Origin: a virus
Taxonomy: Duplodnaviria > Caudoviricetes
Reading direction: 5' to 3' (one strand)
Length of the DNA stretch: 57,963 bases
IMG/VR virus record: IMGVR_UViG_3300031519_000025
Coordinates: 1-57,963 of that record
Within the stretch, counting starts at the first letter, position 1, and every line of letters starts with the position of its first letter. The notes beneath the pieces are model-generated. The model was not told the DNA's origin. It saw only the letters and a list, made by a program, of their open reading frames with translations, and searched no databases. Positions 34,401 to 44,662 of the stretch are shown here, one piece after another. Made by a program: the position numbers and the translations under genes.

Positions 34401-36445
34401 AAGTCCGGGGTATTAGAAGGTAAATTTAAAGATCTTAGATAAGTATCACTTACTCTACCGTCCGTAGTAACAATATATTTATTAGAGACAGGATTTGTTA
34501 TAGCTGTAACTTTAACAAAGTCTTGACGGGCACCTCTTAAATAATCTCCCACAACGGGTATATTAATGTTGTTGCCGTAGGTGGCACTGTTTAAGAAAAA
34601 CTCCCAAGTACTGTCTGTTATAGGTGAAACGCCTGAAGACACAAACCCTACTGTTATAGCAAACCCTTCTCCTGTGGAAGCATTTTGCTGCTTTAAAGCA
34701 TAAAGACCAGGTGTTCCTGCTGCGCTATTTATTTCTGATTCAATGGGTGAATTTACTAATACCTGTATTGCATCTCCAAACCAGGTGTCTACATCTGTGT
34801 CTGTTTTTAGCAAATCATAAGGGCTATATATTGTGGACCCAGAATAAAATGTACCGCTGTTTTCACTACCTGCTCCTACTGATGAAAGCAAAACCGGGGA
34901 TTGTCTTCCGAACTTGTCTGCTAAAACAAACCCTACTTGATAATTTCTATTTCTTTTTACAGAATGATTAGGGTACTCTATCCAATTATTATACGCTCCA
35001 GTTGTAGACTTTTTAGTTATTCTGCAATTATAATTTATATTTGCAGGAGGTGTGTGTTGATCTCTAAAATTACCATATATAATTCTATTACCCGCTGATT
35101 CTTGAGAAAATGCCCTAACAGGCACCTTATCGTAAACCCTTACTGTTTGGGCTTCAGGCAAAGTTCTGTATGGTTTTCTTGATTGGTATTCGTATGTGTA
35201 ATAACTATCTATACCACTTGCCCCCGCAATTTCATTTGCTGAAATTTTTTCAAGTACTTTTACGGCAAGACCATTGCTTTCTCTAAATAATATTTCTATA
35301 CCACTAATTTTATAATCAGCTATCATTTTATTTGCAGACGTAGGCAAAGGTATGACCAAACCTATATTTTGGACCGTGTTTTCCATAAATCCAACTATAG
35401 TAGATTGATAAGCCGCATCCTCGTCTCCGTTAATAAAATACCCTTTTTGTTTTGGTATATACGCTATCTGCGTAAAAGGTGCCATTAAGGAATACTCGTT
35501 ATCGTCAAATTTAAGCCTATAACTAAATCTAACAAATCTATCCTCTAAATAATCTGGATCACCAGGCCACTGTGGATCGTCGTTTTCATTAGTCATTGTG
35601 GACTTTATTAGAGTAACAAAATCACCTGTTAATGGCGCCGCTTGCATTGCCGGCGAAACAGTTACAGTCACAATATTAGGTGGGGTGAAAGAATCAGTAA
35701 TATTAACAACCTCAACAAAGTCAACGCCTTGTGTAGGGGGATTTGTTTCTGTGCAAACAACCACGGCCCCTATAAATTCAATAAGTTCTGCTCTGCTTGT
35801 GCCTTCTAAAGTAAAAGTAGTAGTTGTAGCACCTGCTCTTGCCTTTAAATCAACTCTATTATAAAGACTTATGGGTTGATATGGATTGTACTTTGCAACA
35901 GATATTTGGTGTTCTTCAGTATAATAATCTCCAACGGTGGTTGATAATCCACCGGGTTCGAAAGCTCTTGCTACATCAATATTTATTTTTCTAGGCTGAT
36001 TTCTATTGTCTGTCCAAAATAATAAATTTTCAATTAAGTTTATACCTACTATTCTATTTGTAGTGGAAAAATTTAAAAATTCACCTTGCACTAATCTAGT
36101 GTATGCTCCTGTTGTATTATTATATGAATAAATATAATGCTTTGAAGTAGAAGGTGCATTAGTAGGGTTAAGAGGGTTTGGGTCTGTGTAGTCTGTTAAA
36201 AACACAAAAATTTGATTTAAAGAATTACTTTCTTTAATTCCTATAATAGTTAATCCAGCTGCAATATCAGTACCAGCAACTAAATTGTTTCCAATTACAT
36301 TTTCTAAAGCACCGACATCGCTATCTTCAGATCTACCAACTGATATATTCCGAGCATCCCTATATTCGCCGTTAGGCAATATTCTATCATCAAGATCTTT
36401 ATTCATCTTGGATTTTAGAAATGTGTTTTTGATTTCTTGTGCCAT
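31487..36445 (-). CDS. Large tail structural protein with beta-rich insertions
   Basis: N-term F..SKMNKDLDDR..P.GEYRDA.N; FWTDNRNQPRKIN; GNR..YGN; long variable C-terminal part. Confidence 0.7.
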   Translation of the reverse strand: MAQEIKNTFLKSKMNKDLDDRILPNGEYRDARNISVGRSEDSDVGALENVIGNNLVAGTDIAAGLTIIGIKESNSLNQIFVFLTDYTDPNPLNPTNAPSTSKHYIYSYNNTTGAYTRLVQGEFLNFSTTNRIVGINLIENLLFWTDNRNQPRKINIDVARAFEPGGLSTTVGDYYTEEHQISVAKYNPYQPISLYNRVDLKARAGATTTTFTLEGTSRAELIEFIGAVVVCTETNPPTQGVDFVEVVNITDSFTPPNIVTVTVSPAMQAAPLTGDFVTLIKSTMTNENDDPQWPGDPDYLEDRFVRFSYRLKFDDNEYSLMAPFTQIAYIPKQKGYFINGDEDAAYQSTIVGFMENTVQNIGLVIPLPTSANKMIADYKISGIEILFRESNGLAVKVLEKISANEIAGASGIDSYYTYEYQSRKPYRTLPEAQTVRVYDKVPVRAFSQESAGNRIIYGNFRDQHTPPANINYNCRITKKSTTGAYNNWIEYPNHSVKRNRNYQVGFVLADKFGRQSPVLLSSVGAGSENSGTFYSGSTIYSPYDLLKTDTDVDTWFGDAIQVLVNSPIESEINSAAGTPGLYALKQQNASTGEGFAITVGFVSSGVSPITDSTWEFFLNSATYGNNINIPVVGDYLRGARQDFVKVTAITNPVSNKYIVTTDGRVSDTYLRSLNLPSNTPDLKFAYTINDLGWYSYKIVVKQTEQDYYNVYLPGILNGYPGQSSTGVNNGPFPTDEVNLTAHTVLFNDNINKIPRDLAEVGPDQKQFRSSVTLYGIVSNTMISPSSPAIPSNTQYYPRLQSMGQNAISHTSTAIATADEFDMAFSDLSSTGGTTVGGDYGNKVFYQIDTKPLIARISTTEKPIGQENIAAVGDLPYNMLPYLAIYETEAVESLLDIYWETTTSGLIVDLNQDVASTNVGVVGFENLNWEFKEDTTQNQAVTPSYFSAINNEGDPYVGDLTPSLSGIRNGLDQPNTDFDIVKGAVGTINEGKFQIIYTKSSSPIYEAASPTRDVYSFEVTLEPTTGDPFVVQLNGVEGGFGALKNVQPTVNQPGNVTDATPSTAVLIPAGDITSLQPKNGSATAAGEKEGLRYYIIKNPSGGGNEIPSNWDMNETTGELTQLTPNNEFEGNGLATYNVRLIVVDAEGDSNSAGLFEGYEPLSTFRNFTITLNPTPLNDEITEGRICVVDNSNSGIPAKIISSNFSAQINAAVNGAPPAFPDGSFGHWKWGIPNPYGPTGRKGSHTTGCIYYIGTSNPMAADIGSGAQNQILSQAKGLDTNFSNSANTPVFYHKIGTGSHRSGVIHFTINTFSPSRFAQIPNVFLVPNARFYYRQPTEVNENPNWTLLGRSSEMNQVGSTTNTNFGRYNDAPALETTFTYFNSAIEVPTPPNEGVFRAVSNSEDLQNVWVQTMRAFDFDDLYDSTLAGASSAAGIEYAIVLTGQQQCSPNNNSGDAQLTNEGICRSYVIADDLNFPTCAAWQNKNLYTANGSVPGKLFKYDTSTVGTNSDTAWRYINNDTVSTHTYRYARSPYGDYATELYTGPSNNVLFIPTEETNKYVNIKLDRGALSNILPYNNLVDTDKYGNNIPGQTTIYQDLQFNVAFSPETGKKEPSLLSNTGVAGIRVFEEESAEFNHLQNYRNKGTLRVAKPLNP

Positions 36446-36449
36446 TAAA

Positions 36450-37673
36450 TTATGATTTTATCCATTTAGACTTGCCTCTCATTACTTGTACTATTTCTGA
36501 TAGTTTAATGTTAGACAATCTTATTTTAGCATTTCTTAACTTAGCCGCTCTATCGCGTTTTAAACGCTGTATAACGTACTCTGGTTGATTAATTCTTCCA
36601 GCTAATATAGAATATAGTATGTGTGCATATAATGCATCCTCGGCCATCTTAGGTATCCTAGAATCCAAGTCGTATGCTAATCCGTCTGATATATATTCAA
36701 GTACTATTAATCTGTCTTTTAAATTTGATGAAAAAGCTATTGTACCATCTCTTTCATTCATATTGAACCAGCCATTTCTTTGAGCATATTGCGGCTCATT
36801 GCCATACCTTTGTCCGTAAAAAGGATTTCCGGTTAAATAATTAGCATAAGACAAGTAATCTTGCATGGTAATATTACCGTTTAAAAGGCTATCATTTGCT
36901 GTCGCCCACCTAGCGTTTGTTATAGAAGTCCCCTCTATATTGTCACCTATCTCATCCTGGGTTGGTTGACCTGTGCCATCTTGCACTGGGATTTCGTAGG
37001 GGCTTATTGTTAAATTATTTGCAGGATATATAGGGTGTTTCACGCCTAATGCATCTATATAAGATATAGCTGTGTAATTAACGTAGTCCTGTGGTATTAT
37101 AACGCTAAGGCTAGGAGATATTGTAAGTTCTTGAGACTTGACGCTTTTCAATGTGTCGTAACTAAATTCCTGCAACCCTCTTTTAGCGTGAAATATAACA
37201 TCGGTTCTTTTAACATCCCCTATTAATTTATGCTCTCCTACGTAGGTTGCAATAAAGCCATTGATAACATCATTTAAAGATGTATAAGCGTAGCTTCCGT
37301 AATTTTCCTGTACCGTATCTCCAAGAGCGTCTTCATTTCCAAAGTTTCCGCCATTTAAAGATTTTAGCTGAACGGCTATATGCTGATTCCATCCAACAAA
37401 CGGCGGAATAAAAGTTATAGTATTATCTATTACGGAGTATCTTCCCGTGTACTCTGTGTAACTACCGGCTAATCCCGTAGCACTGGAATACAATTTAAAA
37501 TTGTTTAAACTATACTCAGGCAAAGCTGGATTATCATTACCGAATATTAAATCCGTATTAAATGTAGTTGTTATCGAGCCAACTACCGCGGGATCATCTA
37601 CAAAAAAGCGCTGTGCTCCAGCGTAGTATTGTTCATTAGTTTCGGTTATTAAACCGCCATTAGGTATAGGCAT
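36450..37673 (-). CDS. Tail/neck structural protein
   Basis: FHAKRGLQEFSYD, P.DYVNY, LEYISDGL...K.AE.ALY. Confidence 0.6.
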   Translation of the reverse strand: MPIPNGGLITETNEQYYAGAQRFFVDDPAVVGSITTTFNTDLIFGNDNPALPEYSLNNFKLYSSATGLAGSYTEYTGRYSVIDNTITFIPPFVGWNQHIAVQLKSLNGGNFGNEDALGDTVQENYGSYAYTSLNDVINGFIATYVGEHKLIGDVKRTDVIFHAKRGLQEFSYDTLKSVKSQELTISPSLSVIIPQDYVNYTAISYIDALGVKHPIYPANNLTISPYEIPVQDGTGQPTQDEIGDNIEGTSITNARWATANDSLLNGNITMQDYLSYANYLTGNPFYGQRYGNEPQYAQRNGWFNMNERDGTIAFSSNLKDRLIVLEYISDGLAYDLDSRIPKMAEDALYAHILYSILAGRINQPEYVIQRLKRDRAAKLRNAKIRLSNIKLSEIVQVMRGKSKWIKS

Positions 37674-37676
37674 ATC

Positions 37677-38597
37677 TTACATTATTGAGCGTTGATTTTC
37701 TTGTTGCACTTGTTGTGCGGCTATATTTACTATGGAAGGATCTCGTATTACAACTCCAGAATAAAGCAATATTTTAAGTATAATATTAGCTTGTTCCGTT
37801 TTTGATAGCTCAAAATTAACTGAGTTAGTTGGATTGTATTGGTAATAGTTTTGACCCGATGGTATTGTAAAGTTCCAGGTTACGTCCACGGGTTTTCTTA
37901 AGTAACTAATACTTATATCCGATGTAATGGTTTGCGGGTATAAGTATAATTTATGATTCTCATATAAATATATGGGATATGTTTCCGTGGGGGCTAACAA
38001 AGGATTGTTGTTTAAGTATAGAAGCTCGTTTCGCTGAGATAGCTGCGCTTCGTTAGAATCTTTATATATTACTGTGCCTAACTTGTAAAAGTCCTCTGGA
38101 GCAGCTGTAACTATTATTGCGTCATTTAAAGCAGGTATAGAATCAAATACAACGTTATCTCCACTTATGGTAAATGCCGTTGTTGATACTCCATTTATTG
38201 TAGCTGTAATCACGCTGGTTTGTAATTGGGAAGGAGATATTGTTGTAAAAGGAAATGATATAGAAATTCCGTCTCCCGTAATTGATTCAGTAGGCGCGGG
38301 CGTAGCTCCTGAAATTGTTGGTAAAGTAAAATACCCGCCTCCTGGCACATAAGTCGACGTGCCGTATGTTTTAAATACAGCTATACTGTTGTCTACATTT
38401 TTAATGCGATCTCCGTATTCTGTATCATTGTCGGGCCTACGCAATTGCATATTAAGAGTATCAAAATAGCTCTCGAAGATTTCCAACTGTACCTGCGTAG
38501 CAACCTTGTTGAATTCATCCGGAGTTAAATTACCTCTCTGCTCTTTATTCAGAATAAGTAATACCGTTTTATAAACTATATCTACATTTACTGCCAT
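37677..38597 (-). CDS. Head-tail adaptor/ring protein with Ig-like insert
   Basis: VYKTVL.ILNKEQRG.LTP.EFN...Q; Y.RKP....W; first gene of tail operon. Confidence 0.6.
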   Translation of the reverse strand: MAVNVDIVYKTVLLILNKEQRGNLTPDEFNKVATQVQLEIFESYFDTLNMQLRRPDNDTEYGDRIKNVDNSIAVFKTYGTSTYVPGGGYFTLPTISGATPAPTESITGDGISISFPFTTISPSQLQTSVITATINGVSTTAFTISGDNVVFDSIPALNDAIIVTAAPEDFYKLGTVIYKDSNEAQLSQRNELLYLNNNPLLAPTETYPIYLYENHKLYLYPQTITSDISISYLRKPVDVTWNFTIPSGQNYYQYNPTNSVNFELSKTEQANIILKILLYSGVVIRDPSIVNIAAQQVQQENQRSIM

Positions 38598-38620
38598 TTT
38601 ATTTCTTTTTATTATAAATA

Positions 38621-38650
38621 TTAACCGGCTCCAGTGATGAAGCCGGCTAA
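38621..38650 (-). other. Hairpin in leader of tail operon
   Basis: Minus strand TTAGCCGGCTTCA-TCAC-TGGAGCCGGTTAA. Confidence 0.5.
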
Positions 38651-38670
38651 AATTAATTCACCATCTATAA

Positions 38671-38699
38671 TATAATTACATAGTTTTTTTAAAAACTAC
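38671..38699 (-). promoter_or_regulatory. Class II promoter-like motif (tail/ejection operon)
   Basis: Minus strand GTAG-N16-GTAATTATA. Confidence 0.75.
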
Positions 38700-39538
38700 T
38701 AATTAATCTTTTTTTCTATAGATCTAAATACTTCGCCACCTTCGTCGGTTTTGAAATAAGCTGCCATTGCTGAGTATGGATTTTCATCAAACGGCACATT
38801 CATTAGCTTCCTCCCATTAGAAGTCCAGGAAAATGTTCTTTGATCTTGAGACAACGTAATGACGCCTGCTTCGGTAGCTTTAATGGCTGTATTTCTAAGG
38901 CCTACATTCTCGTCTTGCGCTAATTCTAAGAACAAATACGGGTTGCTTCTTGCAAATAATCTTAAATCTCTTTTAATTTCTTTAGAAGATAATTTATTCA
39001 CTGAGGTACCCATTTCAACTCTTAATATAGCTTCCGCATCATCAATATCCATTTCTCTAGCAAATACAGCTGCGTCTGTTTGGATATCTAGTAGTTCTAG
39101 ATCGTCATAAGCTTCCTCTACTGCATCAAATTCTTGGTATATTCTTCCTTTCAAAGGGTGATACAAAGAAAGTAGCTTTTGCAAATTTTGTTTTTCTTTT
39201 GGTACTTTTAAATCGCCGTCCCTAAACATTATATGCCCTAAGGTTGCCTCGCCATCTTGATTTTCCTTAAATGGGGAATCATGGTTAGTTGCGTATCTAA
39301 GTTCTTTTTGTTTTCCATTTTCTGGATCAAAATATAACAAAGAATGCTTTCTAGTGTGCCTTCCTGGTATTGTTAATGTTAGCGGAGATTTGTTTCCTAT
39401 TAAGTAGTATATTCTATCCTTAATTTCCCATTGAGGTTTAGATGCTACTTTTGTTTCTTTTATAGTAGGTATTGTAATTTCTTCTACAATTTTTTCTACT
39501 TGTGTAGCTTTTTTAGCTACTGGTTTTTTATTTGCCAT
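38699..39538 (-). CDS. Conserved head-associated protein downstream of major capsid
   Basis: 279 aa; W..KDR.Y.L, ELRYA.N..SPF, LQK.LS.YHP. Confidence 0.6.
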   Translation of the reverse strand: MANKKPVAKKATQVEKIVEEITIPTIKETKVASKPQWEIKDRIYYLIGNKSPLTLTIPGRHTRKHSLLYFDPENGKQKELRYATNHDSPFKENQDGEATLGHIMFRDGDLKVPKEKQNLQKLLSLYHPLKGRIYQEFDAVEEAYDDLELLDIQTDAAVFAREMDIDDAEAILRVEMGTSVNKLSSKEIKRDLRLFARSNPYLFLELAQDENVGLRNTAIKATEAGVITLSQDQRTFSWTSNGRKLMNVPFDENPYSAMAAYFKTDEGGEVFRSIEKKIN

Positions 39539-39560
39539 AATATAATATAATTTAATAGTT

Positions 39561-39595
39561 AAAAAGTAAAGTAAGAGTGCCCGAAGGCACCCTTA
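39561..39595 (-). terminator. Intrinsic terminator after major capsid gene
   Basis: Minus strand TAAGGGTGCC-TTCG-GGCACTCTTA followed by CTTTACTTTTT. Confidence 0.8.
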
Positions 39596-39615
39596 TCCCT
39601 ACATTATTTGAATCC

Positions 39616-41088
39616 TTAGATTCCTTTGAATAGTACAAAGTTATTAGCAGCTTGCGTTACTAAACATCTCTCAGATAGGAAGTTTACTTCCATTGCATCA
39701 AGAGTTGAAGTTTGAGCACCACCAACAGATCCTGTTAACCAAGATTTCATTCTACGGTCATCAGTTTGAGAAGCTCTGTATCGTACGTGCAAGAATGGAC
39801 GTCTGATATTTGTTCCTAAAATTTGATCGTAAACAGTTGATGTCCCAGCTGGTACTAACACACCTTCGATTGAATTAACTCCAGTAATTCCTCCACGAGT
39901 GGATGCGTCATTTAAGTATTTCCAATCTGTTTTATAGAAATCGTAAGATCCTCTACGGAATCCACTAAATCCTAAGTTAAGTGCCATGTCCTCTGAATTT
40001 TCAAACAAACCGTAAGCAACTCCTCCAGTTTGTCCACTAGAGATTGCAGCTAGCATATCATCAAAATCTAAAGAAGTTTGACGTTGTAAAAACAGCATGT
40101 TTTCTTCGATAGCTCCTTGAGTATCTAGGTTTTTAAGAATTGCATCAAATTCAGTTAGTCCGTTAGCGGCCGTGAATCCAGTTTGTACATTACCTCTATC
40201 TTGGATAGCTGCAAACAAACCTTGTGTTCCTGGCTGCTGTAGGTCCTGGTAAGCACCTGCTCCTGCATTTGTATTTAATTCTCCTTCTACCATAGCCATT
40301 TCTAAGTAGTCTTGGAAACGTAAGCGAGTTTCAGATGCAGCCTTCAGGTACCATAGGTATCCGTCAGTTCCATCTTCAGTTGCTACATTTACCCAACCAA
40401 TCTGTGCGGTATCTGATCCAGATACAACATACTGATCTCTAATTATGATTGGAGAGTTTGAAAATTGCGTTAATACTGGCTCAACAGATACTCTAGCAGC
40501 TGAATTTCCAGCTCCAGCACCAATAGTGGTACCTTTAGAGTAATCAGATCCATATACAAAAACCTTAATGCTACCAGATGTAAATACAGATCCAGCAGTG
40601 TTTAATACGTTTCCGTTATAAAACTGAAGAGTAACACTTCCAACACCAGCAACTCCTGGGGTAGTAGCAGTTACAACAGCTTTAGCTTCTGTTCCTGTTA
40701 CTGTGTCCAAAAGAACAACTGTATCGTTGATAGACATTACGTTTTGGGCAGTAGCGCCTCCTCCTATAACTAAGACAGTAGGTGCTCCTCCAGCGTAAGT
40801 ACAATCATCATAAGCAATATGCAAACGATTTTGTTCAGACCAAATTACTTGATCAGATGTCATTGGCATTTCAGCGCCAACCATGTTTAGAAATCCAGCT
40901 AACGTTCTGTTTCCATAACGCTCTACTTCTGCTTCATAAATTTCTGGTAAATATTGCTGTGCAAAATCAGCAAAATTAGCAGGCACTGCTCCAGCTCCCC
41001 CATTGGCGGTCCATTGTAGGTAGTTGGTATTAAGTATCTGCTGTGATTGTGAAGGGACTATATCCCCAAATTGTGGTAATAAACTCAT
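39616..41088 (-). CDS. Major capsid protein
   Basis: 490 aa after scaffold; QYLP..YE.E.ERYGNRT, WSEQ.RLH, LGF.GFRRG.YDFYK; followed by strong terminator. Confidence 0.8.
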   Translation of the reverse strand: MSLLPQFGDIVPSQSQQILNTNYLQWTANGGAGAVPANFADFAQQYLPEIYEAEVERYGNRTLAGFLNMVGAEMPMTSDQVIWSEQNRLHIAYDDCTYAGGAPTVLVIGGGATAQNVMSINDTVVLLDTVTGTEAKAVVTATTPGVAGVGSVTLQFYNGNVLNTAGSVFTSGSIKVFVYGSDYSKGTTIGAGAGNSAARVSVEPVLTQFSNSPIIIRDQYVVSGSDTAQIGWVNVATEDGTDGYLWYLKAASETRLRFQDYLEMAMVEGELNTNAGAGAYQDLQQPGTQGLFAAIQDRGNVQTGFTAANGLTEFDAILKNLDTQGAIEENMLFLQRQTSLDFDDMLAAISSGQTGGVAYGLFENSEDMALNLGFSGFRRGSYDFYKTDWKYLNDASTRGGITGVNSIEGVLVPAGTSTVYDQILGTNIRRPFLHVRYRASQTDDRRMKSWLTGSVGGAQTSTLDAMEVNFLSERCLVTQAANNFVLFKGI

Positions 41089-41093
41089 TGTTA

Positions 41094-42215
41094 TTAATTT
41101 TTAAACTTTTTAATTTTTAGTTTTGTCGAGTCCGCTCCAGAAACTGATTTCACTTTGTATGCACCAAACCTTGCTCCGTCTATCGGCGCAGCTTTTCTAG
41201 CTGAGCTGGATGTATTATTAGATTTGTTTACAACATCTCTAATAGCATCGGCTTTGCCTTGTTCGTAAAAGTGATTTGCCATTTTATCGGCATTTGCACC
41301 CGCATACAATGCTTTGTGATACCCTGCGGTATCTTCAATCATACCATCTTTTCCAAGGAACTTCCCTATAAAATTACCGATGTCCGATTGCGTTTCTGCT
41401 ACCTGCGATGGGTTTTGTACGCCATATCTAAATTTTTTTTCACCTAATGTAAAATCGAAACCTTCAAATTCGTTATTAAGTAATTGATTAGTGTTGGCCT
41501 TAAACTTTTCGTGATTAGCGTTGTTTCTTTCCTGGTCCTCTTTATGTCGATTAAAAAATTCCGATGCTTTTTTTTGATCCTCGGTAAGTGCCGGCGACTT
41601 CAACCTGATGTCGTCATAATACTTATCCTTGGTCTCACTTAAAAACGTTCGGGCTTTTGCAACCTCTTCTTTATATGCGAGTTTTTTTCTGCGGATATCT
41701 CGCTCCTCGTCTATTTCTTCATCAAACGCAAAATTGTCATCGATCATAAAATCAATTTCGTCTGCGCTTAAATGGGATTTAGTACTCTTGTAATATTCTT
41801 TTACCAATACATCACGATCAACTTCATCGTAATTAGTATTTAGCCTTATGTAGTCTTGCATATTGCCCCCTGTTTCTTTCATGAAATCTATCAACTTATT
41901 GATATTTTCAGGCAATTCGGGTTTAGATAAAACAGGAACTACTTCCTCTTTTGGTTTGCTTTCTTCAATGATCTCCCTAATAACCGGCTCAGGTATTTCC
42001 TTAACTATGTCTTCGGCATCCTCCGTTGACTTTACCTCGGTAACTGCGGTTGGCTCTAGATCCTTAGCGGGCTTATCTCCTTCATTGGGTATTATCACCC
42101 GGGTTACATTGCTTGGAATGTCTATTAAGGGTTCTCTGTTTTTAGCCGCTAATTGTTCTTCAGTTAGCTTTGGCTTAGACTTGATCTTAAAAGATCCTTC
42201 TGTTTTTTCACTCAT
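41094..42215 (-). CDS. Putative capsid scaffolding protein
   Basis: Acidic/low-complexity N-terminus, helical, between portal and capsid. Confidence 0.65.
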   Translation of the reverse strand: MSEKTEGSFKIKSKPKLTEEQLAAKNREPLIDIPSNVTRVIIPNEGDKPAKDLEPTAVTEVKSTEDAEDIVKEIPEPVIREIIEESKPKEEVVPVLSKPELPENINKLIDFMKETGGNMQDYIRLNTNYDEVDRDVLVKEYYKSTKSHLSADEIDFMIDDNFAFDEEIDEERDIRRKKLAYKEEVAKARTFLSETKDKYYDDIRLKSPALTEDQKKASEFFNRHKEDQERNNANHEKFKANTNQLLNNEFEGFDFTLGEKKFRYGVQNPSQVAETQSDIGNFIGKFLGKDGMIEDTAGYHKALYAGANADKMANHFYEQGKADAIRDVVNKSNNTSSSARKAAPIDGARFGAYKVKSVSGADSTKLKIKKFKN

Positions 42216-42247
42216 GATATGATATTATATAATTATTAAATACTTGT

Positions 42248-44659
42248 TTATTGAGGCATGAACTGTGACATATCCATACCACTCATAGAGCCTTGCTCCA
42301 TATTCTCGAAGTCTTTAGGCATTCCTTTGCTTTGCCTCTGTTCTATCATTTGGCTTTGCTGGGTTCCTTCTTTTTCTATTCTTTTGGCTTTAGCCGCATC
42401 GGCATTATCCTCCTTAGCTTTTATTTGCCGAGCTTTTATCTGCTCTAATTGCAAGTTATACTGAAATTCAGTAGCCATTAATTCTTTTTTAATTTGAGCT
42501 TCAGCTTGCATTCTTTGCATTTCAAAGTTTGATTTTGCTTGCTCTATCGAAACTTTTTCAGCGGTTAGTGCTTGTTGTTTTTGCACTTCGGCCATTGCTG
42601 CTTTTTCAGATGCCTGGGCATTTGCCTGTGCCTGTGCCTGGATATTTTGCTGAACTAAAGCTTGCTCTCTTTGTTGTCTTTTTTTCCTTTTTACCTTTAG
42701 CATTTCATTAGCCAGCTTAAGGTTTTTAATTTGGTTAATATCTATTGAATCCTCAATATCAATTTCTTTTGTCTGCAAGCATATTTGTATGTTTTTCTGC
42801 AGCTCTGCTCTTTCTTCTTCATCAGGTTCCATTTCTAAGAATATACCGAAATCATGTAAATTAAGATTTTCAATTTCTTTTAAAGTCTCAACGTTAAAAG
42901 TTGACACACTGTTCATTAACGAATTTTTTGTTAATGGAAAGTTTAAAACGTCATTTATTTTTAAAGAAATATTCTCGCAGGTGCTTAAAGTTAATTGTAT
43001 GCTAGCATCTTGTATATGTTTTGTAGCAACATTAGATGCATTGGCAGCCATTTTTTGAAGTCCAACTAAAGAATCCGGGCTCGGCATGCTTCCATCACGG
43101 GCTTCGTTTAATCCAGTTACGTCCCTAATCATTTGCATATTATAATTATATGCAGTAATCAAAGCTTGTATTTTACCTATTCCAGAGGAGCTTGATAATT
43201 CTTGTATAGGAACCTTACCTCTGTTCATATCCCCTTCTTGGGTCATAGATCTACCAACAACGGAACCAGTTTGGAAATACATATTCAATGCTTCCTGAGG
43301 GTTGTAATTTGTACCATTACCTAAATCAACCTCGGCTAAACCGTCTACATCCAGAAAGACCCCGTCCGGAACCATCCTAGCTAATACTTGTTGTATTTTT
43401 AAGTGGGTTAGCTGTATAACATCTGCAAAACCAATACACTTACTTATAAGTGATTGTATTACCCCTTTATACATTCGCGGGGCGCTCATTGAGTAACTCA
43501 TTTCAACTCTGGTAGTATCGGCTAAAGGACGAGTCATATTTTCCGACATATTCCATTTAAGCATTATATCAGTACCTATAATTTTAGCTCCTTCATACAA
43601 CACTTCAATAGATCTAGCTACTCTTTCAAAATTGTCATTTGGAGGTGGATTAAACATATCGGTTTTTTCAATAGCCTTTTCTAAACCAGTGTCTGTTCTT
43701 TTTATTTTAAACACCTGATCCGTATAGGTTTTGTATTCAAAATATAATACCTGAACAGTGTTATTGTCATAATTTTCAAATCCCTGAATCATCCTTCTGT
43801 TTCCTGGAGACTTTTGAATTTTTTCTAGCTCCTCGTTGGATATATAAGGAAACTCTTTTTTAAGTTCAGGTATTGATATAGACTTTACCTCACCTACATA
43901 GTATATGTCATCAAAATTAGGGTCCTCCGTGTACGACCATACACAATAAGCAGGGTCTACATAATCTACTACAATACCTTCAGCAGGGTTAAACGATGTT
44001 TTTGTTACCCCAATTCCTATGTTAACCAAATCTTGATTAACCCTAGCTCTCACTAAGTCGTATTCATTTGTAGCTAATACCGTATTGATTGCCTCCTCTT
44101 CCGCAATTTCTATAGCGGGCTTATATCTAAGTTGCATGTGGAGATCTCTTTCCTCCAGCGTTTCAGGAAGAGCGTTGTCAGGTATACCGGACCTACTCAA
44201 ATCCATAGGTATAATCTCACTGGCTTTAGCTCGCGATTCTACCGTTAGCATATCAAATAGAATATTTTCAGCGTATCTAGTTCTTTTCTTTAAAGACTGA
44301 GGGTCTTGAGAATATGCAGATAGGTCGTATTGCTTTTGTGTAATACCATTCGCTACAATATTAGAAAACTTTGAAAGTATTGGAACTGGCTTCCAGTCTA
44401 AATTAAGATAAGACAAATCACCATTAATAGCCAACTCGTCTTTGTACTTTTGCACGCTTTGCTCTCCCCTAGCATATAGCCTAAGGTTATGAAAGCTATT
44501 CCAGTTAACAGAATATCTATTTGACCCAGCCCCTCCATAATTAAACCACTCCTGCTCGATAGCCCTTGACACCTGCAATCCGTATTCTAGCGTAGCTTTC
44601 TCAGCATCGCTAACTACCTGATCAGGAAATGGGCTATTAGTGTTTGTACTTACATTCAT
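42248..44659 (-). CDS. Portal protein
   Basis: 803 aa immediately after terminase; Q-rich coiled-coil C-terminus. Confidence 0.8.
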   Translation of the reverse strand: MNVSTNTNSPFPDQVVSDAEKATLEYGLQVSRAIEQEWFNYGGAGSNRYSVNWNSFHNLRLYARGEQSVQKYKDELAINGDLSYLNLDWKPVPILSKFSNIVANGITQKQYDLSAYSQDPQSLKKRTRYAENILFDMLTVESRAKASEIIPMDLSRSGIPDNALPETLEERDLHMQLRYKPAIEIAEEEAINTVLATNEYDLVRARVNQDLVNIGIGVTKTSFNPAEGIVVDYVDPAYCVWSYTEDPNFDDIYYVGEVKSISIPELKKEFPYISNEELEKIQKSPGNRRMIQGFENYDNNTVQVLYFEYKTYTDQVFKIKRTDTGLEKAIEKTDMFNPPPNDNFERVARSIEVLYEGAKIIGTDIMLKWNMSENMTRPLADTTRVEMSYSMSAPRMYKGVIQSLISKCIGFADVIQLTHLKIQQVLARMVPDGVFLDVDGLAEVDLGNGTNYNPQEALNMYFQTGSVVGRSMTQEGDMNRGKVPIQELSSSSGIGKIQALITAYNYNMQMIRDVTGLNEARDGSMPSPDSLVGLQKMAANASNVATKHIQDASIQLTLSTCENISLKINDVLNFPLTKNSLMNSVSTFNVETLKEIENLNLHDFGIFLEMEPDEEERAELQKNIQICLQTKEIDIEDSIDINQIKNLKLANEMLKVKRKKRQQREQALVQQNIQAQAQANAQASEKAAMAEVQKQQALTAEKVSIEQAKSNFEMQRMQAEAQIKKELMATEFQYNLQLEQIKARQIKAKEDNADAAKAKRIEKEGTQQSQMIEQRQSKGMPKDFENMEQGSMSGMDMSQFMPQ

Positions 44660-44662
44660 TTA

